The notes: generated by a model from the sequence alone, not told the origin. A DNA stretch of 64,000 bases from an uncultured Eubacteriales bacterium (GCA_958352145.1 CATWNM010000005.1:11434-75433); one strand, 5' to 3'. Positions 46,401-55,940 are shown, counted from the first letter of the stretch. Numbers and translations are program-made.

Positions 46401-47533
46401 ACGGCCTTTTCGGAAAGGTGAAGAATGCCGTGGTGCGCAACCTTACGGTTTACGGCGATGTTTCCTCTTCAAAGGCGGGTGATGCGGTCGTAGGCGGCAT
46501 CGTCGGTACGCTTGATCCCAACTCCTTTATTGTAAACTGTACAAGTCATGTCGATGTAACATATAACAATACGACAAAGTCCGCTAAAGGCGTAGGCGGA
46601 ATCGCAGGTTATCTTTATGCCGGCAGTACCAATGCGGGTACTGTTATAAAAAACTGTACGAATTACGGTGCGGTTTCCTCTTTTAGCGGTGGAAACGAAG
46701 CTGCTGTCGGCGGTATTGTCGGTATCGTTCATGACAGCGGAGCAGGTATTTGCGAGGTGGTTTGTTGTAAAAATTACGGCGAAGTGTCCGGCCAGGGAGT
46801 CAAGGTAGGCGGAATCGCAGGCTGTCTTAATCAGGCTAAATCAGGCGGCGGCGCTGAGATTGTAAATTGCATGAACTGCGGCGATGTGACCTCTACTATG
46901 GGACGCATGGGCGGTATTGTCGGATATGTTTATTCGCTAAGCGCTACTGACGGCAAGGAGCCGAACATCCGCTTCTGCCTCAATAAAGGAGATGTAACCA
47001 CGGATGTCGGATATGAATCGGGCGGCATTGTCGGATTGAATGCAGGTGCTAATCTTGATAATTGCGTAAACCTTGGCACTATCACTACAACTGGCAAAGA
47101 GGAAATGGGCGGTGTTGTCGGCAAGACTTATACAGCCACAAATACGCTTGTATTTGAGATAGCCAAATGCTATACCGTAAACGGCGACGTGATCCCTCCG
47201 GCAAATTATGAGAAGCCGGATTACTTCACTTTCATCGATTGCTCCACTGTGACCGGAAGCGACCTCGGAAGCGAAAATACTGCACTTACCTACGGTGACG
47301 GCGGCTATATCGTCAAGGATGGTGAACTTACTCTTGCAACGTTGATTCCCGTTTCGCTCAAGGGCGATGTTAACTTTGACGGAAAGATTACCGCGATTGA
47401 TTTGCTCATCGTTTTAAGGGGCGTATTCAATTCGGATGCTGCCGTAAGCGTACATACAGCGGATATGAATGGCGACGGAAAGATCAATCTTTTGGATGTA
47501 TTATTGATTTTATACAAACTTTTAGTCAAGTAA
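43406..47533 (+). CDS. Secreted multidomain GH3 glycosidase with permuted domain order, a CBM6/35-like module, GLUG-motif repeats and a C-terminal dockerin
   Basis: Signal peptide. The GH3 C-domain-like LLKNENHALPL comes first, then KHFVANEKEY...SERALREIYL and TTDWS (GH3 catalytic domain). GGIVG/GGIAG repeats follow. Dockerin F-hands are DVNFDGKITAIDLL and DMNGDGKINLLDVL. GGAGG lies upstream of the ATG at 43406, with TGCTATAAT at 43365-43373. Confidence 0.88.
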   Translation: MKLRSIIGILIVAWLVCGVLPVSVGAYVVADGADKSYAAAAEAMVLLKNENHALPLTSADKIAIFGDGQVYTDGKTGGFFLMGRGSGYFVPSETPKNPCDVLASYVNNGKLGGVYTALSESYKAAAVTGKDFTYSPTDEEYAAAAEYADKAVFIVNRTSFEGSDNSKASFFLTTAEKVELKKVCAAFNGKPVIVVLNSGSMINCGFANGRVDGVYADAVITATYLGIRGVDVLCQTLVGDINPSGKTVDTYAKVLEDYPSYKSFHENKDFANYYEDIYVGYRYFETFNVDVDYPFGYGLSYTTFDISDVTYTEGNGKITVTAKVTNTGGVAGKEVLQVYFCAPQKGSGNAVLSKASKELCGFAKTSLLSAGESEILSVSFDIDTMASYDDLGTTGYKSAYVMEAGAYIVYVGNSVKNVVVVGTHNEAELRVVKQLTQLCEPTTSFERMTFDGTETVGETSEFRSDLLHTPVYKAQTDVTEPYQFAEVMNGEITVEEFLSQMSNDELCDIAVMTHQASTSTKAWGGTEEMVEKYGIPIATSSDGPAGIRISTKGTGLPCATAQACTWNIDVMAVLGDVIGRECLRSEVDVWLAPSVNIHRYPLCGRNFEYYSEDPLISGIMSSALIKGVEKHGIACSIKHFVANEKEYKRSEMSSNVSERALREIYLVPFEMGVEAGVSMVMTSYNKLNGTETAESAELLRGILRGEWGFGGMVTTDWSNDSSLVNEVIAGNNVKSSGSEDKLDSTPLKKAVANGTISRSLLIENATYVMNLLAKMPDGQRLIDDSLVVTVDGTTVFEAENYTHKHGYARPEISKSRTVMAYVRATDRWTPYLTYTLDVKEAGIYILAAGVANASSDPNSNALHVYVNGVEQLSNFNAVFTGGWSSVNDMEIGAVVLPKGRVTLKVKSAVNRSCGNFDYFTLTPIKDAYTAISTADALIALMGDSKKWRGKYYLTTDIDLTNVSGQGPIGTNATNFTGVFDGMGHTIKGLSLTTSTEQDYGLFGKVKNAVVRNLTVYGDVSSSKAGDAVVGGIVGTLDPNSFIVNCTSHVDVTYNNTTKSAKGVGGIAGYLYAGSTNAGTVIKNCTNYGAVSSFSGGNEAAVGGIVGIVHDSGAGICEVVCCKNYGEVSGQGVKVGGIAGCLNQAKSGGGAEIVNCMNCGDVTSTMGRMGGIVGYVYSLSATDGKEPNIRFCLNKGDVTTDVGYESGGIVGLNAGANLDNCVNLGTITTTGKEEMGGVVGKTYTATNTLVFEIAKCYTVNGDVIPPANYEKPDYFTFIDCSTVTGSDLGSENTALTYGDGGYIVKDGELTLATLIPVSLKGDVNFDGKITAIDLLIVLRGVFNSDAAVSVHTADMNGDGKINLLDVLLILYKLLVK

Positions 47534-47542
47534 GGAAAAATT

Positions 47543-49828
47543 ATGGAAAACAAAATCAGAGAACTGCTTTCGCAGATGACAGTTGAGGAGAAAATCTCCT
47601 TTTGCTCGGGACATGATGCATGGCATGCAGAGTATCTTGAAAGACTCGGTATACCCGAGATTATGATGTGTGACGGACCGCACGGACTTCGTAAACGCGC
47701 AAAAAACGAAAACGGAGAGTATTACACCGTAAAGGCTACCTGTTTTCCGCCTGCGTGCGCAATTGCAAATTCATGGGATCCCGAGCTTGCCGGTAGAGTT
47801 GGCAAATATATAGGTGAGGAATGCCGCGCCGAGCAGGTTTCTATTCTCCTCGGCCCCGGTATGAATATCAAGCGTTCACCCACCTGCGGACGCAACTTTG
47901 AATACTATTCCGAGGATCCGCTACTTTCGGGCAGGATTGCGGCAGGTTTTATCAAAGGACTTCAGGGAGAGGGCGTTGCCGCTTGTGCAAAACATTTCTG
48001 CGTAAACAATCAGGAAACACGCAGATTCTCCACGAGCGCGAATGTAAGTGAAAGAGCACTTCATGAGATTTATTTGCGTTCATTTGAAATAGCGGTAAGA
48101 GAAGCAAACGTGCAGACTATTATGCACGCCTACAACCGAGTTAACGGTAAGTACGCAGGAGAGGATAAAGAGCTTATCACCGACCTTTTACGTGGCAAAT
48201 GGGGCTTTGAAGGCTATGTAATGAGCGATTGGAACGCAATCAGCGACCGTGTTGCGGCATATAAAGCCGGCACCGATGTCGAAATGCCGCCCACGGCGGG
48301 TGTGCGCGATGCCGAGGTACTTGAGGCGTATAAAAACGGTGTGATTACCATAGAGGAAATTGATAACTCTGTTGCCAATGTTCTCCGCGTTATTTTCCGT
48401 CATCTTCCTGCAGATATAAAGGGAACGTTCTCGGCAGACGAGCATCATGCTGCGGCGGCAAAGGCGGCTGAAGAATGCATGGTGCTTCTGAAGAATGAAA
48501 GAAATCTTCTTCCGTTTGAGAGCGGCAAGCCGCTTGCGGTTATCGGAACTTTTGCCAAAGCACCTCGTTTCCAAGGCGGCGGCTCCAGTCATGTAGAACC
48601 TCTGAGAGTCGATGATATTACGGAGTATCTCAATGCCGAAAATGGCATGGAGATTACCTATGCTATGGGCTATGATGAAAAGCATGAAACAACGCCCGAA
48701 CTTATAGAAGAAGCAGTTGAAGCGGCGAAGAAATGCGGCCGGGCGGTGATATTTGCAGGTATTCCAAATTCCTATGAAACCGAAGGTCGTGATCGCAGGC
48801 ATATGAAGCTTCCTCCTGCGCATAATGAACTGATTGAAGCTGTGTGCGGCGTTTGCGGAAAGGTAGCTGTAGTGCTTATGGCAGGAAGCCCGAATGAGCT
48901 TCCGTGGGTAGATAAGGTTCCGGCGATTCTTCATGCATATCTCGGAGGTCAGGCTCTCGGCGGCGCAGTTGCGAGAATCCTTTTCGGCAAGGTTAATCCT
49001 TCGGGTAAACTTGCGGAAACGCATCCGATTCGCTTTGAGGACAATCCTGCTTATCTCAACTTCCCGGGCGACGGCGATGCGTGCTTCTACGGAGAGGATA
49101 TTTATGTAGGCTATCGTTATTACGATAAAAAGAAGATGGATGTCCTGTTCCCGTTTGGGCACGGACTTTCGTATACAAAGTTTGAATATACCGCAATCAA
49201 GGCAGAAAGAAGCACAGTTACCGTTACTATTAAGAATGTAGGGGACAGAGCGGGTAAGGAGATCGTCGAGCTTTATGCCTCGGCCTGTCCTCACCCTGTT
49301 ACATCGACCTTTATAGGCGAAAGTTCATTTAATTTTGCAAGACCTGAAAAGTGGCTTTGCAGCTTTGACAAAGTAGAGCTTGAAGCAGGTGAAGAAAAAA
49401 CGGTTGTATTCCATGTTGATGACCGCGCTTTTTCTGTATACGATGTAAAGGTCGGCGACTATCGTGTAATCAGCGGCGATTATGAGATGAAAGTGGGCGC
49501 GTCCAGCCGCGACATTCGTCTTTCTGCGGTTGTAAGCGTAGAAGACGACACACGCTTTGTTCCCGTTATAACCAAAAATACGGTTTACGAGGAGCTTATT
49601 TTGGACACCCGCTATCCAAGAGAGATTGTCGCAGAGTTGTTTCGCGATATTTGTCCTATTAAGGATGCAGATTTTGGCGAGGGGCTCAATTTTGACGGAA
49701 TGCGCCGCCGCAACGGATATGTGCTTCGTCAGCTTATTACCTCACGCGGCGGTGAAATCACTTCGAAGCAGCTTGACGATGCAATAAAAAAAGCGAATGC
49801 CGCCATTCGTGAATACTATAAAAAATAA
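47543..49828 (+). CDS. GH3 beta-glucosidase/beta-xylosidase-like enzyme, cytoplasmic, canonical domain order
   Basis: KHFCVNNQETRR, SERALHEIYL, MSDWNA (nucleophile region), LLKNERNLLPF and an Fn3-like C-terminus. No signal peptide. Confidence 0.92.
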   Translation: MENKIRELLSQMTVEEKISFCSGHDAWHAEYLERLGIPEIMMCDGPHGLRKRAKNENGEYYTVKATCFPPACAIANSWDPELAGRVGKYIGEECRAEQVSILLGPGMNIKRSPTCGRNFEYYSEDPLLSGRIAAGFIKGLQGEGVAACAKHFCVNNQETRRFSTSANVSERALHEIYLRSFEIAVREANVQTIMHAYNRVNGKYAGEDKELITDLLRGKWGFEGYVMSDWNAISDRVAAYKAGTDVEMPPTAGVRDAEVLEAYKNGVITIEEIDNSVANVLRVIFRHLPADIKGTFSADEHHAAAAKAAEECMVLLKNERNLLPFESGKPLAVIGTFAKAPRFQGGGSSHVEPLRVDDITEYLNAENGMEITYAMGYDEKHETTPELIEEAVEAAKKCGRAVIFAGIPNSYETEGRDRRHMKLPPAHNELIEAVCGVCGKVAVVLMAGSPNELPWVDKVPAILHAYLGGQALGGAVARILFGKVNPSGKLAETHPIRFEDNPAYLNFPGDGDACFYGEDIYVGYRYYDKKKMDVLFPFGHGLSYTKFEYTAIKAERSTVTVTIKNVGDRAGKEIVELYASACPHPVTSTFIGESSFNFARPEKWLCSFDKVELEAGEEKTVVFHVDDRAFSVYDVKVGDYRVISGDYEMKVGASSRDIRLSAVVSVEDDTRFVPVITKNTVYEELILDTRYPREIVAELFRDICPIKDADFGEGLNFDGMRRRNGYVLRQLITSRGGEITSKQLDDAIKKANAAIREYYKK

Positions 49829-50096
49829 TTGAAAGGAATGGTCAAAAGGCTCAGATAACAAAAAGACTACCGCCTCTTTTTTGAGGCTGTAGTCTGAGTC
49901 TGTTGAAAAACCTTTGGTGAAAGGGTTTGGTGCGCTCGCGCCGCGCGTTGCCGCGCGGCACTTGCCAAACCATAATGTGTATACAGAGCGGCATATGTCC
50001 GCTCTGTATGCGCATTTTTATTTGGTATAAAGCGGTTACAATAATAAAAAGCTTGCGAAAGTGCAGCAGAGCAGGCAGCGCCGCTTCCCGCCGGCT

Positions 50097-51074
50097 TTAA
50101 TGATAGGCGTCTGCAATTTTTTTCAGAGAATTCTGAAACTGCGTGATGATTTCATCCGGAGAAACGATTTTGACAAGATCGCCGAGCCCAAATACCCACG
50201 CGAAAAACTGCGGGCTGGCACACACACGTACGGATACGTCGAAGCATCTGTCTTTTCGCGTGATAAACGCCGGATCAGTTCCAAACCGGTCGATGATCGC
50301 GCCAGCCGCTTCGTTTTTGCAGCGCAGTGTCACGATCGTTTCGTCGCCGCCGAACATACCGAACATTTTTCGTCCGTAGAGACCCGCGTCAAAGTTTTGA
50401 AATCGCTCCTTGCCTTCCCGCGGTGTGCGGAGAATGTTCACGCTGCCCATTCTATCCACGCGGTAGTGCCGGATGTCTTTCGCCTCCTCCGAATAGGCGA
50501 TTAAGTAATAGTTTTCATCATCCCAGAGCAGTGCCCATGGGCTGACGGTATACAGCTTGTGCTTTTGCCGTTCGACCAGATTTTTATATTCGTCGAAATG
50601 GTAATAACGAAAGGAAATGCAGCGGTTGTCACGAATGGCTGTGTGCAGGGCGTCTACCGTGTAGTAAATGGTTTCATTCGGCGTTTTTACGCGGGACACG
50701 TAGATCTGCCGGTTAAGCTCCGCTTCGCCGTATCTGCTGGTTTGGCTGCAGAGCTTGCGGATCAGTTCTTCACTTTTTTTAGGCGTCAGAAATTTTGCGG
50801 CCAGGATGATATCGGCCAGCGTTTTGAGTTGTGCCAGTTCATAGTCGCGTGTGCCGATGTAATATCCTTTGCCCGGCAGGCTTTCGATATCTGTGCCGTA
50901 CTCCGTCAAGGCGCGGATATCGTCATATATCGCCTTTCGTTCGGCATGGATTCCGCGCTCTTCGAGGCGCGCGATCATCGCTTTGACCGGCATCGGATGC
51001 GTTCTATCGGTTTCCTTGCGGAGAATGTCTAAAAGATAGAGAATCCTCAATTTTTGATTCCAAGATTTTGGCAT
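50097..51074 (-). CDS. WYL-domain transcriptional regulator (wHTH + WYL)
   Basis: N-terminal wHTH (RILYLLDILRKETD...) and a central WYL-like block (SPWALLWDDENYYLIAY). Confidence 0.8.
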   Translation of the reverse strand: MPKSWNQKLRILYLLDILRKETDRTHPMPVKAMIARLEERGIHAERKAIYDDIRALTEYGTDIESLPGKGYYIGTRDYELAQLKTLADIILAAKFLTPKKSEELIRKLCSQTSRYGEAELNRQIYVSRVKTPNETIYYTVDALHTAIRDNRCISFRYYHFDEYKNLVERQKHKLYTVSPWALLWDDENYYLIAYSEEAKDIRHYRVDRMGSVNILRTPREGKERFQNFDAGLYGRKMFGMFGGDETIVTLRCKNEAAGAIIDRFGTDPAFITRKDRCFDVSVRVCASPQFFAWVFGLGDLVKIVSPDEIITQFQNSLKKIADAYH

Positions 51075-51084
51075 GGAGGATTTT

Positions 51085-51789
51085 TCAGGCGATCTCGAGC
51101 GCCAGGCGCATCATTTGCGTAAAAGTTGATTCCCGTTCTTCTGCGCTGCATTCTTCGCCGGTACACAGAGAATCTGAAATCGTACAAATAGAAAGCGCAT
51201 TTTTTTCGGCGCGCGCTGCGTTCATATACAGCGCGGCGCATTCCATTTCTACAGCCAGTACGCCCATTTTCTGCCACTCGAGCGTGCTTTGCGCGTCGTC
51301 GTAAAACAAATCATTTGACAAAATATTTCCGATTTTTACATCGATGCCCATTTCTTCAGCTTTGTCCACCGCCTTTTTCAGCAGTGTGTAACTTGCGGTT
51401 GGCGCGTATGTGCCCGGCAGCTTGAATTGCGCAGCGTAGACGCTGTTATAGCTCGCACTCATGGCGATGACAATATCGCGCAGGCTAAGAGTGGGCGATA
51501 TTGCGCCGGCGGAGCCGATACGGATAATGTTGTCTACATGATAAAAGTTAAAAAGTTCATAGGAATAGATGCCGATGGACGGCATACCCATTCCGCTGGC
51601 CATGACCGATACAGGGGAGCCGTGGTATGTGCCGGTATAGCCCTGTACGCCGCGTATATTGTTGACAAGCACAGGATTTTCAAGAAATGTGTCCGCGATA
51701 AAACGAGCGCGCAGCGGATCGCCCGGCATTAAAACGGTTTTTGCAAAGCTGCTGTCTTTTGCGGAAATATGCGGGGTTGGTATGGGCAT
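51085..51789 (-). CDS. deoD: Purine nucleoside phosphorylase, DeoD type
   Basis: TPHI...VLMPGDPLRA...GMGMPS..YSYEL...VEMECAALY. Confidence 0.95.
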   Translation of the reverse strand: MPIPTPHISAKDSSFAKTVLMPGDPLRARFIADTFLENPVLVNNIRGVQGYTGTYHGSPVSVMASGMGMPSIGIYSYELFNFYHVDNIIRIGSAGAISPTLSLRDIVIAMSASYNSVYAAQFKLPGTYAPTASYTLLKKAVDKAEEMGIDVKIGNILSNDLFYDDAQSTLEWQKMGVLAVEMECAALYMNAARAEKNALSICTISDSLCTGEECSAEERESTFTQMMRLALEIA

Positions 51790-52031
51790 GTTGTCTACCT
51801 CCTAAGCAGAGCCATATCGAAAATCTGGTTTTTTGTATGTATATTTTAACATATTTTTACTTCAAAAACAAGAGGCACAACAAAAAAGCAGCGCCGCAAA
51901 GACATAAGAATAAATCGGTTGTGATATAAATCATGTGAACCGCGGCGCATGGTTGTTAAAGAAATAACAAAAAGTTCAAATTATAGGTGTAAACTGTTTC
52001 TAAATTTAGTAGAAAAGAACCTTTTGGACTC

Positions 52032-52061
52032 TTGACTTACTTTGAGAAGGCGCGCTATAAT
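52032..52061 (+). promoter_or_regulatory. Sigma-A promoter upstream of kdgK
   Basis: TTGACT (52032-52037), 18-bp spacer, TATAAT (52056-52061). Confidence 0.55.
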
Positions 52062-52121
52062 TATGCTGTAAAGCAATGGGCGGCGGTCCGCCCGAACAAT
52101 TTTGTATCGAGGTAAACAAAA

Positions 52122-53156
52122 ATGAAAAAAGTGGTTACTTTCGGTGAACTGATGCTCAGAATCACGCCTCCCGGCCGGGAAATGATTCTTCAGACGCCGA
52201 ACATGGTCTGCACCTTCGGCGGGGCGGAGGCGAATGTCGCAGTAGCGGTCAGCGCGTATGGCGATTCTGCGAAATTTGTCACGGCGCTCCCGAACAACGA
52301 TTTGGGACGTGCAGCGATCAATGAACTGCGCCGCTTCGGCATTGACACCAGCGCAATTAAAACTTCCGACAAGCGCCTCGGTCTGTACTTCACGGAGACC
52401 GGCTCCAACATGCGTCCCTCCAAGGTTATCTATGATCGCGACAACACGGCGATTGCCGCTGTAAAGCCTGGCGATTTCGACTGGGACGAGATCCTCGCGG
52501 ATGCAGACTGGTTCCATGTGACCGGCATTACGCCTGCGCTTTCCGAATCTCTCTGTGAGGCTACGCTTGAGGCTTTAAAAAAGTGCAAGGAAAAGGGCAT
52601 CACGGTTTCCTGTGACCTTAACTACCGCAAAAAGCTTTGGAAATGGGGTAAGGAACCGATCGAGGTCATGCCGGAACTCGCAAAGTACATAGATATTATG
52701 ATCGCTAATGAAGAGGACTGTCAGAAGTGTCTGGGCATTCAGATGGAGACAGGCGTCGATTCCGGCAAACTGAATACCGAAATGTATAAAGATCTCGCCA
52801 AGATCGTGATGGATACATATCCGAACGTCAAGGCGCTTGCGGTCAGCTTGCGTGAAAGCGTCAGCGCCGATCACAATAACTGGTCGGGCGTGCTTGCGTT
52901 CCGCGACGGCGATTTCCATATCAGTCGCAAATACAGCATCACGAACATTGTTGACCGTATCGGCGGCGGCGACAGCTTTGGCGGCTCGCTTATTTATGCG
53001 TTCCGTCATTTTGGAGAAGATCGTCAGAAGATCATTGAGTACGCGATCGGCGGCAGTGCGCTGAAGCATACGATCTACGGCGACTTCGTCCGCTTTACCA
53101 AGGACGACGTTGAGAATTTGATCGCGGGCAGCGGCAATGGTCGTATCCAGAGATAA
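52122..53156 (+). CDS. kdgK: PfkB family sugar kinase, 2-dehydro-3-deoxygluconokinase-like
   Basis: VVTFGELMLR, GGAEANVA and a C-terminal DRIGGGDSF (PfkB signature 2). Confidence 0.85.
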   Translation: MKKVVTFGELMLRITPPGREMILQTPNMVCTFGGAEANVAVAVSAYGDSAKFVTALPNNDLGRAAINELRRFGIDTSAIKTSDKRLGLYFTETGSNMRPSKVIYDRDNTAIAAVKPGDFDWDEILADADWFHVTGITPALSESLCEATLEALKKCKEKGITVSCDLNYRKKLWKWGKEPIEVMPELAKYIDIMIANEEDCQKCLGIQMETGVDSGKLNTEMYKDLAKIVMDTYPNVKALAVSLRESVSADHNNWSGVLAFRDGDFHISRKYSITNIVDRIGGGDSFGGSLIYAFRHFGEDRQKIIEYAIGGSALKHTIYGDFVRFTKDDVENLIAGSGNGRIQR

Positions 53157-53181
53157 AGATTATTGAAAAGAGGAATAGATC

Positions 53182-53841
53182 ATGGAGATTTTGAAGCATC
53201 AAGTGATTCAGAATATGCATAAGAACGGGCTGATCGGTATCGTCCGCGACAATAACGAGGCGGATGCTATGACGCGCACACGCGCGATCATGGACGGCGG
53301 CGTTACCATTCTGGAAATTTCGATGAGCACGCCCGGTGCGCTTCATATCATTGAAACCATTTCGCAGGAAATTAAAGAGAAGGGGCTCGACGTTTATGTC
53401 GGCGCTGGCACTGTGCTGGATCCCGAAACCGCAAGAGCGACGATTCTTGCAGGTGCTTCTTTCATTCTGGCTCCGAACTTCAATCTGGAAGTTGCCAAAA
53501 TGTGCAATCGCTACTGCATTTGCTATATGCCCGGCGTACAGACTTTTACCGAGATCGTCGCTGCAATGGATGCGGGCTGTGACATCGTAAAAGTATTTCC
53601 GGCAAGCGCGGTCGGCATCGGCTTTATCAAAGCAGTTATGGGACCTCTGCCTCAGGCAAGATGCATTCCTGTCGGCGGCGTGAATATTGATAATATTGAG
53701 GCTTGGTTCAACGACAACGCCTATGCTGTATCGCTTGGCTCTGGTTTGACTCATCCGACAAAGGGCACATGCGATTATGAGGAAATTAAGGCGCATGCGC
53801 AGGCGGTCGTTGCAAAAGTCAAAAGCTGCAAGAGAAAATAA
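53182..53841 (+). CDS. eda: KDPG / 4-hydroxy-2-oxoglutarate aldolase
   Basis: GLIGIVR, LEISMSTPGA, GAGTVLD and VKVFPA (Schiff-base Lys region). Confidence 0.88.
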   Translation: MEILKHQVIQNMHKNGLIGIVRDNNEADAMTRTRAIMDGGVTILEISMSTPGALHIIETISQEIKEKGLDVYVGAGTVLDPETARATILAGASFILAPNFNLEVAKMCNRYCICYMPGVQTFTEIVAAMDAGCDIVKVFPASAVGIGFIKAVMGPLPQARCIPVGGVNIDNIEAWFNDNAYAVSLGSGLTHPTKGTCDYEEIKAHAQAVVAKVKSCKRK

Positions 53842-53870
53842 CGGCGCAGAAAAACCTTTTAGGAGGCATT

Positions 53871-54740
53871 ATGTGCGGATTTACGGAGATTTGCCGCGGC
53901 GTACATCTTCTGCGCGTGCCGTTTGGCGGTACGACAACCGGCGTGATTTTGCTCCGCGGCAAAAAAAATTATTTGATCGATTCGGGCGGCAGCGCTGCGC
54001 TCGTCAATTCAGTGATTCTGCCTGCGCTTGCCGCGCTTTCGCTTCGTCTTTCGGATATAGATTGCCTGCTTTGCACACATACGCATGGTGATCATATCGG
54101 CGGCTTTGCCCGGCTGCGGGAACTGGGGATTTTGCAGATCGCGGTATACGAGAAATCCGAGCTAAAACTTGCGGATCCACTGCGCTTCAATATTGAGATT
54201 CGCCGTGCTTTTCCAAAGTACAGTCCGCCGCCCTCGGCGGGTCTTGCCGGTGTTCGTCCCGACTGCATTCTGCGGGACGGCGATATTTTGGATGGCCGCA
54301 TTCGGCTTGTGGCATCCCCAGGGCATGACGATGACGCTGTTTGTATATTGGATATGGAGACCGGAACGCTGATCTGCGGCGATTCGGTACAGCATAACGG
54401 AACGCTGGTGCAGGGATGCGGCGCGTATATGTATTTGAACGATTATCGCGCTTCGATGCAGAAATTGCTGGCGCTTGACGCAGAGAACGCCGTGCTTGGA
54501 CATCCGTTTCTTCCTTACGGCGATGTGATTCTGGGCCATGCGGCGGTGCGTTCTTTTTTAGAAGACGCGCTTACATATACGTATCGGTACCGCGACTTTG
54601 TTCATACGCAGTACGCGGCCGGCGCGCGCGATCTTGCTGTGATTGCGGAAAAGTTGGTATGCTGGACCGGCGGCGTCATGCCTGAATATTTGTTCCTGCC
54701 GCTCTATACGGTGCGGGAACATATGAGGGAATGCATATGA
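53871..54740 (+). CDS. MBL-fold metallo-hydrolase
   Basis: HxHxDH motif THTHGDHIGG, plus a later PGHDDD. Confidence 0.85.
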   Translation: MCGFTEICRGVHLLRVPFGGTTTGVILLRGKKNYLIDSGGSAALVNSVILPALAALSLRLSDIDCLLCTHTHGDHIGGFARLRELGILQIAVYEKSELKLADPLRFNIEIRRAFPKYSPPPSAGLAGVRPDCILRDGDILDGRIRLVASPGHDDDAVCILDMETGTLICGDSVQHNGTLVQGCGAYMYLNDYRASMQKLLALDAENAVLGHPFLPYGDVILGHAAVRSFLEDALTYTYRYRDFVHTQYAAGARDLAVIAEKLVCWTGGVMPEYLFLPLYTVREHMRECI

Positions 54741-55900
54741 ACGGCGCGGCGGTGCAGATTATGGATACGATCCGGTGCGGAAAAGGGAACGTTTCCAAAA
54801 AGGACATTCAGCGTCTGACCGGTCTTTCGTGGGGAACGATGTGCAAATGCACGGATCAGTTGATCGAAAACGGCTATATCTTTGCGCGGCGCGAAAAGGC
54901 GCAGGGGCGTGGCCGCCCGACGATTCCACTTTGCGTCAACAGTGACGCCGCCTATTATATCGGCGTCGATATCGGCGCGGCGAGCACGCGCGCGGCCGTC
55001 TGCAATTTGTCTTTCAATACGGTCTATATGCACGAAACGGCGACGCCGCGTTTCGAAGGAGAAGCGCAGTTTAACGTTTTTCTTAAGCGAATCCTTGATA
55101 CGGCGATCCGCGTTTCGCGGATCGAGCGGAGTCGCATGGAGGGAATCGGGCTCGCCGTGTCCGGTAACGTGGATTTTGAAAACGGTATTATCGTGTCGGG
55201 ACGCAATTTCGGCATTCCCTGGGGAGCGAATTTGCGGGTTGCCGATTTTATCCGCGCGGAATACGCTTCTTCTGTCTATGCGATGACCACGCAGGCGGCC
55301 GCCTCCGCCGCCGAATACCATTTCGGCGAAGAGGCGGGCTGCGAGAATATCCTAACAGTTGGACTGGGTGTGGGCATCGGTTCCGGCGTCGTCTCCGAAG
55401 GACAATTGCTCATTAGCCGTCCCGGGAGGCCTGTCGGGCACATCGGCCACATGCTGATTACGGGCAATAAGTACATATGTACTTGTGGCTTTCGGGGATG
55501 CCTCGAGGCGTATACCGGCGGGAACAATCTGGTTCGCGCTGCGCGGGAACGTTTTCCTGAACGAACGGATTTTGACAGTGCGCAGGCATTGGATCGGCTG
55601 GCGGCGGACGGAGACGCGCAGGCTCGTGAAGTTTTGGATACGGCTGCGGTATACAATGCCTCCGGTATTGCAAGTATGATTCAGTTGTATATTCCGAACG
55701 CAATTATTTTCGGTGGCGGGCAGTGCCGTGAGGACGGATATTTGTTTTGCCGTACGCTGGAGGAAATTCGAAATATTCTGCCGCTTGAGCGGCTGGAGCA
55801 TATTCGGATTCGTATCAGCGCGCTCGGCGCTTATCAATCGGCGCTTGGCGCGGCGCGTCTGGTTTATGAGCAGAGCTTCGGAAAAAATGAAAATGGATGA
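54731..55900 (+). CDS. ROK family transcriptional regulator
   Basis: N-terminal wHTH, ROK glycine-rich GVDIGA and Zn motif CTCGFRGCLE. Confidence 0.88.
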   Translation: MHMNGAAVQIMDTIRCGKGNVSKKDIQRLTGLSWGTMCKCTDQLIENGYIFARREKAQGRGRPTIPLCVNSDAAYYIGVDIGAASTRAAVCNLSFNTVYMHETATPRFEGEAQFNVFLKRILDTAIRVSRIERSRMEGIGLAVSGNVDFENGIIVSGRNFGIPWGANLRVADFIRAEYASSVYAMTTQAAASAAEYHFGEEAGCENILTVGLGVGIGSGVVSEGQLLISRPGRPVGHIGHMLITGNKYICTCGFRGCLEAYTGGNNLVRAARERFPERTDFDSAQALDRLAADGDAQAREVLDTAAVYNASGIASMIQLYIPNAIIFGGGQCREDGYLFCRTLEEIRNILPLERLEHIRIRISALGAYQSALGAARLVYEQSFGKNENG

Positions 55901-55940
55901 ACTGTAAATATGAATTTATAAATTGTTTTGGAGGAAACGC

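Noticed and set aside
49829-50096. Cluster of hairpins and a GC-rich stretch (GCGCTCGCGCCGCGCGTTGCCGCGCGGCAC) downstream of the second GH3 gene. Checked as a possible tRNA, REP element or small RNA.
   Set aside because: No cloverleaf-compatible arms or conserved tRNA boxes were seen. The structures are adequately explained as convergent terminators; the hairpin at 49979-50011 followed by a T-run is the most convincing. No second copy was noticed in the window.
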